Below are positions 24,298-34,530 of a stretch of DNA of 64,000 nucleotides, in pieces. Position numbers and translations under genes: made by a program. Source of the DNA: Marsupella aquatica (Eukaryota; Plantae; Marchantiophyta). The stretch is taken from positions 5,257,079-5,321,078 of the forward strand of contig OZ316898.1 of NCBI GenBank assembly GCA_973895155.1. Reading direction: 5' to 3'. The notes beneath the pieces were generated by a model, which was given only the letters and a program-made list of their open reading frames with translations, searched no databases and was not told where the DNA came from. Numbering within the stretch: position 1 is the stretch's first letter; each line of letters starts with the position of its first letter.

Positions 24298-24922
24298 TCA
24301 TGGACAAATCTCAGTCTCGGGAACGAGGAGGAAAAGCACAGAGGCGTAGCTCAGCATTGCGTACTGAAACGAATTCAGAAATTGAGCATACTGTGCCAAA
24401 GTTGTTTCTCGATTCGGAACTTCATCAGATAGAAAATCGTACGGAGTAACTTTGCCGGTGTCAACTAGAGGAAACCACTTGTAACCAGGTCTTTCAGGGA
24501 GTGAAACCGTCACAGGCAAATGGAAGGAATTGAAGGCAACATAATGTTCCTTACTTTGAGAGTCAACCTGCGTGTAAAGACAGGGATGTTAGCTCAAGAA
24601 ACGATTTGAAATGAATTGCAGATAAACGAAACGCTACCCTACAGGTAAATAGGTTGTTTGCTTGGACACGCACTCAGCTGCAGATATGGACGACGGAGAC
24701 CTTCTCCTCTTTTGTGAGATTACAAAGCATTTAGTAACACCATTTACAAAATTCTGACAGATCCTAAACTTCAAATGAGCGAAATGTCATAGGGAGAGTA
24801 ATACCAGTGAAAAAGCTACAAATCTACTCATCTCCGACCAGTCAGGCATGTTTGGGGTCACGCCGTGCCACTGAAGCCGTTCCCCAGTCGGGAATTCTCC
24901 TAGCCTTAGTGCTTCACATTGA
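24298..24922 (-). pseudogene. ISA1: Isoamylase 1 last two exons plus intron, copy 1
   Basis: Exon 24922-24805 QCEALRLGEFPTGERLQWHGVTPNMPDWSEMSRFVAFSL. Exon 24567-24298 VDSQSKEHYVAFN...LPERPGYKWFPLVDT...MLSYASV. Splice sites intact; no upstream exons found. Confidence 0.88.
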
Positions 24923-27900
24923 CTGGAAAATCAGTCCGTCAGTACAGTTTTTTCATTGTGGACGGGACAGTAGTAAGAAGAAACAACATGAAAACTAGAC
25001 CAACCGTTTTGCATCTATCTCGTCGGCAGTTTTGTTTAAATTGCTTCTCATTATGAGAAGATAACATTCAGATTATATTCTAATTATAAGTGATTTGTGG
25101 CCAAAATTTGCTAGATTTCAGGTCTCTAAAAAGTAATTTTGCCACATGCTAAATTGCTAGATTTTCTAATCTTTCCATAGTCACTTTTCAGCCTAGCCAC
25201 CACCCGAAATATGTCGTCATCTTTAAATAGAGTCACAAATGTAGCTGAATTAGATAATGAATGTTCTTAGCGTGCTCTCGTTCACACAAGGGGACATTGG
25301 CCACACTCACGAAAAAGAAAAGACATCAAAAATTACGCTGGTCAGGTGGCTGTCATATATATTCAAGAAGAATTCAATCGAATTGAGTTGTTGTAATGGC
25401 CACTGATGTCCGGAGCATTGCTGATAATTTGTCGAATAGAACACAGCACGACACCAAACTTGACAAAGTGATCGAATGAAGAGAGCGTCGTTAATGGCTG
25501 CCCGAAGCTCAAGAATGGATGCCTATTGAAGAAGTGAGGACCTTCAAAATTTCTGAATAGTATTCACAGGAGCAAGAAGATCGGAAGTTTTTGTGAGCAC
25601 GCACATTATAACCGAATGGATTTAGGACAGTAGGCGAAGTGTAGATGTGTAGCATTTTGTGGTGACGGTAGCGAGCTGGGTGCCTTTAAGGCAATCGAGC
25701 GGTCCACCTCCAAAAACGTTGGTATGAGAAACGAGTCACAACGTGTTGGCAAAAGGTTCTTTAACAGTGTTTTCAGTATGGGGCCATGACTTTCTAAAGT
25801 GTGGGCCATTTCAGGGTGGCGTGACGAGTTACGAACGACCTGGGAGGTGCACAAAGCTCCGTTCGACCACGCGGCTTGCTTGCTTGCTACTTATTATACA
25901 ATGGTAAAAAACATTTCGAAGTACACTTTAGATGGTTCTCATCCAGCATTTCGTCGGACGGAGCATTGTGCACACTACTGTGTTGAATTTTAGTCTGTGC
26001 CCTCTGGTTATATGACTGTAGATGGTTCTTATCCAGGACTTCACTGTAGATGGTTCTTATCCAGGACTTCGTCGGACGGAGCCACTACAGTGTGTGATTT
26101 CAGTCTGTGCCCTTTGTTTGAATGAACCGAGCTATGCTTTGTGCATTGGTGTGAACTAGAGGAGTTCATGAATAGGGCGGGCGTCGTTGGTAGCCAGGGC
26201 TAATTTTTTACTTGCTCCACATTCCGACTCAGGTTCCTCGTCCTCGAGGAAGGAGAGCAGAGCAGAGCAGAGCAGAGCAGAAGAGAGCAGCTTGTTTTCT
26301 TTTGGGAACTTCTACAATGTTTCAGTCGTGCTTGGCAATCGGGGAGGAGTTGATTTCGTCATACAATGTATTTCAATTGCCCCTTGCTTCCGGGGTGGGA
26401 GGGATCTTTTGATCGATGAGCTGTTAATTCTCCATTCCATTAGTCACTAATTTCTGAATTGCTGTTTGAACTCCCTGCAGGTTGCAGTCCAAGTTTATTT
26501 GACTGCTGCTCAGACGCAGTCCAGCACCAAGGGCGGCCAAGGTGAATACACTAGAAACCCATGTGGGCGGATGTAGTTCACCTTGGTATCCCATAGACGG
26601 ATCCTGTAGCTGATGGCTCCGTCCTTCCCCAAAGGTATGTTGTTCAGGGGCTCCAACTTGAAGGAAAAGCAGAATTCTACATTGGTCGCTCATCTACAGA
26701 ATCTTCACAAGCACTAAGAGATTCAAAATAGACGGTTGTCATGTATTCCGTAGTTAAAGGGTTATCTCAAAGTAATCTTCATTTGACTGTACTGCTGGAC
26801 CTGCTTCCTGTTTGTTTTACTTTTAGGGACTCTTACGGCCTGTAGAGCATGTCGATAAATCTTTCAGGGCTCCCTCACGGTAAATGATCTAGGCACAGCG
26901 ACAGTCTACAGGGATTGGTTGGAATTGAAGTGCATAATGCTACTGGGATTCCTTCTGTGAACTTCTTCGTTGTGTGACTCCTGAGAACAAAGCCTTGTGC
27001 GTTGAAGAATGTCCGAAGCACTTGTTTGTTTGACTGCCGTGCCATTTTTGTTGCTGTTTTGCTGACCATTCCGTGAATTGTTAAAAAGTGGCAGGTTTTG
27101 TTAGTCGGCTAGACCCATTTCGCTCTTCCTGGGAGAGACCGACATCCCGGAGCTTCCTGCAAGGTTTTGTAGTGTTTCTGCCATTGTGACTCACTTGGAC
27201 CTAAGAGATACTTCACGATCTTCTGAAATCTCGAGCAATGTCGACCTTACATGTGGGTTCTGGCTCCTCTTCAGACGCTTCATTCGCATCTGGGTCTCGA
27301 AGTCCTCGTAAGGTAGTCCCCAGTCCAGACCACGAGATTGACAATTGTTGATATCGCCCGCTGTTGGCGTGGTAGACCACCTGCAGTAACGTTTCCGGCA
27401 ATGAGCAACCTTGGCCGCAAGATTTGTATAAAATCACTACTATTTTCATGACTTGTTGACACTAATTTTGCTGTTGGGATACAGATTATTTTGGTAAATA
27501 TATAACTGCACGTACTATTTTCATGACTTGTTGACAGTAATTTTGCTGTTGGGATACAGATCATTTTGGTGGATATATAACTGCACGTACTGATTTTGCT
27601 CTTTGCTTTTCTTAGGTGAATGAATCTGTCTACAAATTCGACAGGCCGCAAGAAACTCCTACTTTGCAAATTCTGTTTTTTCATGGACTCCAATTTGATG
27701 ATTCTTTGGAAACTCATTTCCGTAATTGGGAAAGTAGAGACAGGTCTGTCATTTGGCCTGAAAAGTGGTTGGTTGAAGATTTTCCCACTGCCGAGATCCT
27801 GTATATTTCCTATGATGGATCGGTGAAAAAAGGATCCCACATGAATGAAAGTCAGGGAATGTACATTATTGCCGAAAATTTGATGTCTGACCTAATTCAT

Positions 27901-29050
27901 GCGGGTGTTGGTCAAATTTGGAACTGTCCGGTTATAATGGTTGGGCATTGCTTTGGTGGTATGGTCATCAAAGAGCTATGTTTGCACGCTCATAAAGCGC
28001 GGAGCGATCCCACCAAACGCAAAACCTTTCTTGACAATGTCAAAGGCATTTTTAATTACAGTACTCCTCATCATGGGAGTGACATTTTCGAGAGAGTTGG
28101 AGATATGAAACACCCTTTGTGGTCATACTTTCGAGTTTTGAGCACAGAAGGAGCACGACTTAATGACGAGTTCGATCATTTGTGCAAATCACATGGATGG
28201 AAAATCCACGGTATTGGAGCTGGTCTCCGTGTTCCATCGGTACACACACGTTCATCCCCAGCTTTGTACGCTCACTGGCTACTTTTTATGTAGACGAGTA
28301 AAATGGTGTGAACGTCAACTTAATGAAGAGCATCTTGAAACTATGCTGACATAGTGTGTATTCCGTAAGTGGGCGGCAACGTGTATCCTCTTTAGTCTAA
28401 TGTGGGTTAGGCATCTAATCTTGTACAATAGAGTTGTGTGTAGTCATCGACCTTTTTCAAAGATAAGCAGAATTACCTGTTCCATTTATTTGCTTTTTCA
28501 TCTAGATTGTTACTATCTTGGCAAACTTTTTGTCAAGGATTTTATTCTGCAAGAAGCCATGTAACTTAGGGATATAATGGAGCGTACTCCTGGTGTGTAG
28601 GGCCGGTTCAAAGGTCTGCTTCTAGTCAAGGAGTCATCTGCAAGAGGAGGGGAGTCTTTCAGTGTGAGGGAAGCCGACCACTTTGCGATTTGCAAACCAG
28701 AAAGTAAAACTTCAAGTGGCTACTATGAGCTCAAGGAACTCCTTCGCAGCATTCACAGTAGCATTCCAAAGGTAATTTGTTTGTTCCTACTTAGAGGTAA
28801 CATGATCAGCCGGCTTTGGTTGGATCGTGTTCAATCGTTATTATAACTGTTTGTGCATGCATACTGTTACCAAGCTTTACAGGCGGTGTAGCCAAGCTCT
28901 GTCTAAACACGGCTACGTATCCATCGATTGCTCCGAGAACACTTATTGCGGATAGATCGTACTTGCGGTGTATATCCTACGTGAAGATTCACAGTGTCTG
29001 GTGTCCAATAAACCGTCGTTGCCTGAGTTTATCTCTGGATACCTCCCTAG

Positions 29051-29490
29051 TCTACAAGTATAATAAGTGGTCCCGTCTTTTTTCTTCCTTGGTCCCCTTA
29101 TGAAATTCAGAATTGGTGTGAATCAAAACTGACCATTAGATATTTTAGAGTATTTTTGTATCCATTTGATTAACACTTGCCCTCTCTGGTGAGACCTCCC
29201 ACTCCCCTTGGTGGGAATCAAAACTGACCATTAGATATTTTAGAGTATTTTTGTATCCATTTGATTAACACTTGCCCTCTCTGGTGAGGCCTCCCACACC
29301 CCTGCTTTCATTATGGACCCCCCTCGCAATATACATATAGAGGCATCAATGATTGAGATGCCTAGCTGGCCCTCATGATGCCTTGCCCTCCCCTCGGTCC
29401 CGATGCGCTCGCCCCTGCCTCTCAGCCCCCGGCCCGACTCCCTGTGGGCCAGCCCTCATTGTGCCGTGCAACGCACGGGCATAGGGCTTG
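29051..29490 (+). mobile_element. Non-autonomous Helitron A in NLR copy 1 intron 3
   Basis: Absent from copies 2 and 3. 5' TCTAC; 3' hairpin CCGTGC-AAC-GCACGG (29464-29478) followed by CTTG|T. Internal ~94-bp duplication. Confidence 0.75.
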
Positions 29491-29556
29491 TTTTGCATAA
29501 AAGACAACATACAGATAGGACACAGTCATTGCAATACCATTGCATATCATGTGAAA

Positions 29557-30829
29557 CTAGCTCAATACCCGTGCATTGCACATGTTGTGTCGGCCAAGAC
29601 GACATTGAGAAAAAAGATGTTGTGTCGGCCAAGATGTTGTTAAGAAAATAGATGTCCTATTGGCCAAGATGTTGTTGAGAAAATAGATGTCGTGTTGGCC
29701 AAGATGTCGTTAAGACAAAAGATGTCGTGTTGGCCAAGATGTCATTAAGAAATTAATAGAGGTCGTGTCCGGGGTCATGTTGCGAATGATGTTGTTATGT
29801 AAACGACGTCATTAAAAAAAGAAGTTACATCGCCAAAGAAGTCATTATGTAAACAATGTCATCAAGTAAAAAGATGTCATTAAAACAAAGAAGTTGTGTC
29901 ACCAAAGAAGTTATGTGAAAGATGTCGTTAAAAAGATCTCAAGTAAAAAGAGCCAGGCAAGGGAGAAGGGAAGAGGGAGGGAGTGGGGCAAGGCAGGGCC
30001 GGCCCAGGTAATTGGGGTGGGGAAGGAGGGTGGTGGGAGGTTTCACCGCAAGAGTGCGGAAGTTGACAGTCGCCCCACTCGTAGTAGAGGCTGGCCGCAA
30101 GACATTTTACTTGCCTCGGCTTGGTGCTGTCGCCGCAATCAAACGGCAGTTGTCCTCAGCAGCTGGTGTGAGGGCCATTTTTGGTCGCTATTGCTTTGGT
30201 TTTTTTTTTCCATATTGAATTTCTTTCACCCAAAATGGCCCTGTACATTCAAATGACGACCACGGCAAAAGAAAGACGCAATGCCTTATTATAGTTTTTG
30301 ATGTTGTCAAATGTGGTTGTCCCTTTATATATGTATCCCTAAACCCTGTCACCCTGGCCAAGAGTGGTTTGGCCCCCAACCCCATGTTATCTCATCCAAA
30401 TATATATTGAATTTTGCCAAGTATATTTGTTTTTATAAAATAATTTCATTCATATGAGTACCAAGGGGAATGGGTGTACACACTCTCCTTGGATTGGATG
30501 CACATGAGATGTACATTGGGGCATGGTCAATACAAACGATGGCCAGGGAGGGATTAAGTAAAGAGTGTATTTGTAAGCACAATGACTACATCAAAAGGAA
30601 GTATTGTACTTGCTAAGGTGATGAGGAATATCAAGAAGGATTCTGATCCCTTCATATTTTGCCCTGGCTTTATTTTTATTCTCTTAGCTTTGCATATTTG
30701 ATTTCTTTCATTTGGCACGGAAAAGCTGTAAATTTTAAAATGACGACTACTTTCATTTTGAATGCCTGCTTTCGGTTTTCAAGGCAAAAGAAAAAAGTGG
30801 TGCGACTGTGTATTATAGGAGTTAATAGA
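29557..30829 (-). mobile_element. Non-autonomous Helitron B in NLR copy 1 intron 3
   Basis: Absent from copies 2 and 3. Minus strand reads A|TCTATTAAC ... GTGCAATGCACGGGTATTGAGCTAG|T. Contains a GGCCAAGATGT minisatellite at ~29585-29760. Confidence 0.8.
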
Positions 30830-33442
30830 TACGACCATCAGCAATGACTTATGTCTCGAACGGTAAGACAATGAGACTGGACGTAGTAAGCATTCCCAGA
30901 TAGAACTCAGTCCGGTCGATTTGATAGAGGAGATAGGACCCTAGGATCATCCCTAGCGGTCGCAGACTGGAACCAAGCGACAAGAAACCTGTGTCACTCA
31001 ATGCACTCGCCGTCATTCCATCGACTGTGATGTAACTATGACTGATCAGCTTCAGTATCAAGTCTGCATGCACTGTCAATCGCTGGAAAAAACTGGGAAA
31101 CGACAGCGTCGATCTAAATTGGCAAATCAAATTGGGAGATGAGTGAGCCTAAGATAGTGCTAGAGTCGTTGAGCATGCCAGCCACTAGATTACAACGCGG
31201 CAAAGCTATTGCCATCCTCATAAATATCTCACAAATGTGGTCATTTTGGGAGAAGTTCCCTGCTGGTACTGGGATCGATGTGATCATTCGGACCCTTCTC
31301 TTCTTTAAATAAGCGACTGTGGAGATTAAATAAGTACTGGGATCGATGTGATCATTCGGAACCTTCTCTTCTTTAAATTAGCGACTGTGGGGATTAAATA
31401 AGTATCCTCACTTCAATTTTCCAGTGTCTGATGCTGATATATCGGTTTCATCTTGCAGGCAACGAGGCTTATTCATGGGCTCCCGACTTATCCTACCGAT
31501 TTGAAAAGGCGTTGGCACGAGGTTCTAGTAAAGCTAGCAGATGCGCCAGTAGTAGGCATTGTTGGCATGGGCGGAATCGGGAAAACAACTATTGCTAAGG
31601 AACTATACAACAACATCTCTAGAAATTTTGAATATGCTTGTTTTACTGAAACTGTCACAGGCATCCAGACGGACGGGCTAGAGAAGCGGATACTCGGAAA
31701 TTTTCATCGCCGTGGGACTAGGGTAGAGAGAAATCAGATTGAGTGGTCTGACCTAGAGAAGACCAAGACACTGATCGTCTTGGATGGTGTGGATCATAAA
31801 CAAATCCCACCTTTGCCCGATTTGGATTTCTTTGGGGAAGGTAGCCGTTTGATCATTACAAGTCGTGATCAAGGCGTTTTGGATGTTTTTGCAAACTCTG
31901 TCATTTACGACGTTGAGTTTCTCATCGACGACGAGGCAAAGAAGCTCTTCTGCCGGCATACATTTGGGGAAGACGGAATTCCAGACCATCTCTTACAGGA
32001 AAATCTTGACTTGAATGACAATGTGGAGGGAGTGGTAAAGAAATGCGGCGGGCTACCATTGACGTTGGAAGTAACGGGGTGCTATCTCAGACGTCACATG
32101 ACTAACGCTAGTGTGTGGAAGCAGACAGTAGAGAAGCTAGGAAAGGCGCAATCTGTTAATGGGCTTCGGGATGACAGAGTGTGGTCTTCCTTGAAAGTGA
32201 GCTATGATGGCCTTGATAGTGACCTACAAGGCATGTTTATCGAAGCCGGGACGTATTTCTTTGGGCAACGTGTACAGAAAGCCCTCGCAGCTTGGAGCAC
32301 TGCTTATGGAAATTCACATATAGCCTGGGCTAACTTGCTCAGTACATCCATGGTGAAGGAAATCGACAGGTTCGGTCCCGAGTTTGGGCCATGGGACGAC
32401 GGTAAGGAGATATGGATGCACGAGCACCTGCGTGATCTGGCCAATAATCTCTCGAAGGGGGCGACAGCGTCGATGGATCTTCTCAGACCGGGTTGCGCAG
32501 AAGTGGATCTTCTCAATGTTGTAAGTACAAACCAGAGACTTTGTGACACAATAGAGCTGGTTTTATTAATGAGCAATTGAAAGCAATGAATGTCAACATT
32601 TTGGAGAGTACACTCAGCTGCATTATATTTTCATCTCGACTATTGTTTCTTTAACGAGATTCAAGAACCTTTTGCGCTTTGGTAGTTTAGAACGGAAATT
32701 CAGTGGTTTTATCCGTGCTTACTTATGGCGCATGACAGTTACATGACAATTGATACACCTCCGTTTTCACTCAGTAGTTGTATTTTTCGGAAAACGCTTA
32801 TCTGTGATTTCACATGTCATCAGGTGAAATCCGAGACAAAACACTTGCGGATAATAGGATTTTGGAATGCGATGGAACCAACGAAGATTCAGTTAGAAAT
32901 GCTGGATAAGCTGGAAGAATTGAAATATTTGGAGCTGCATCGTGTTGCGCCTGAAGGGGAGAGCGCGAACTTTCCCAAGAAGCTTTCCTTACTGATATGG
33001 GAATACCCTTCTGAATTTTATTCCCCGGCGTTGCTGATCAGTCTGAAGGGAATGAACAATTTGGCTGTACTAGAACTCTCAGGGTGCACAATTTCGGAGG
33101 AATCTATTGACGCATTGGGAACATTAACCAACCTGCGGACTTTATCGCTTCAGCATATAAAAGGACTTTACCGTCTCCCAGAGAATTTGGATCATCTGTC
33201 CCAGTTGAATCGGTTGGAATTATCGGGACTGGACACATTGCCGCATTCGGTTGGTCACCTCCGGGCCCTGGAACATTTGGTGTTAGACTGTCGCAACTTC
33301 AAGGACTTGCCGGAGTCTTGTGGGAATCTGTCTTCCCTGGCAACATTATGGCTTAATCACTGTAAAAGGCTTACAAGTCTGCCCAAATCCTTTGGGCGCC
33401 TCACGTCTTTGAGGAGCTTCGAAATCGAAAAGTGCGAAGTGC

Positions 33443-34530
33443 TAGATACGGTGCCGGAAACGTTTGGAAACCTCAAGGCTCTTAAAAGATTAGTGATAGC
33501 GGAGGCTAAGCGCCTGAAGTCCCTACCCGAAAGCTTTGGCAACTTATCTGCTCTCACATATTTGTCTCTCGTAGGTTGTGAGATTCTTGAAAGTCTGCCT
33601 GCGAGCTTTGGTCTGCTCTCGTCTTTGGAACAACTTGAGCTGCGTGAGCTGGAGCGGCTAGATACGGTGCCGGAAACGTTCGGAGATCTCAAGGCTCTTA
33701 GAAGACTAGAGATAGCGAAGGCTAAGCGCCTGAAGGCCCTACCCGAAAGCATTGGCAACTTATCTGCTCTCACATATTTGCGTCTCGAAGGTTGTGAGAT
33801 TCTTGAAAGTCTGCCTGCGAGCTTTGGTCTGCTCTCGTCTTTAAAACAACTTGAGCTGCGTGAGCTGGAGCGAAGGTTGTGAGATTCTTGAAAGTCTGCC
33901 TGCGAGCTTTGGTCTGCTCTCGTCTTTAAAACAACTTGAGCTGCGTGAGCTGGAGCGGCTAGAAACGGTGCAGGAAACGTTCGGAGATCTCAAGGCTCTT
34001 AGAAGATTAGAGATAGCGAAGGCTAAGCGCCTGAAGGCCCTACCCGAAAGCATTGGCAACTTATCTGCTCTCACATATTTGCGTCTCGAAGGTTGTGAGA
34101 TTCTTGAAAGTCTGCCTGCGAGCTTTGGTATGCTCTCGTCTTTAAAACAACTTGAGGTGCGTGAGCTGGTGCGGCTAGAAACGGTGCCGGAAACGTTTGG
34201 AGATCTCAAGGCCCTTAGAAGTTTAGAGATAACGAAGGCTAAACGCCTGAAGGCCCTACCCGACAGCTTTGGCAACTTATCTGCTCTCAAATATTTGCAT
34301 CTGGAAGGTTGTGAGATTCTTGAAAGTCTGCCTGCGAGCTTTGGTCTGCTCTCGTCTTTGGAAGAACTTAAGTTGCGTTGGGTGGAGCGGCTAGAGACGG
34401 TGCCGGAAACGTTCGGAGATCTCAAGGCTGTTAGAAGACTAGAGATAGCGAAGGCTAAACGCCTGAAGGCCCTACCCGAAAGCTTTGGCAACTTATCTGC
34501 TCTCGCATACTTGCAACTCCATGGTTGTGA
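33443..34530 (+). repeat. LRR-coding array of 72-bp modules (216-bp triads), copy 1
   Basis: Recurrent CTACCCGAAAGCTTTGGCAACTTATCTGCTCTC / CTTGAAAGTCTGCCTGCGAGCTTTGG / ACGGTGCCGGAAACGTT blocks. Confidence 0.95.
33786..33955 (+). repeat. Exact 85-bp tandem duplication causing a frameshift
   Basis: CGAAGGTTGT...GAGCTGGAG at 33786-33870 and 33871-33955. Confidence 0.92.

Noticed and set aside
24298-24567. ISA1 as an integrated domain of the NLR
   Set aside because: Opposite strand and outside the NLR reading frame.
27238-27312. Ser/Gly-rich N-terminal micro-exon as an amyloid or MADA/MAEPL-type signalling motif
   Set aside because: It lacks the N/Q-rich pattern of fungal amyloid motifs and any MADA/MAEPL match; probably a disordered leader.
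31266-31401. Small intronic or intergenic tandem duplications (68 bp here; ~76 bp at 27440-27590; ~54 bp at 56090-56199)
   Set aside because: Ordinary slippage events with no evident functional consequence.
33443-34530. Constant-repeat/variable-spacer pattern resembling a CRISPR array or DGR
   Set aside because: The units are in-frame LRR codons in a eukaryotic gene. There are no cas genes or DGR RT, and variation is not visibly limited to adenines.
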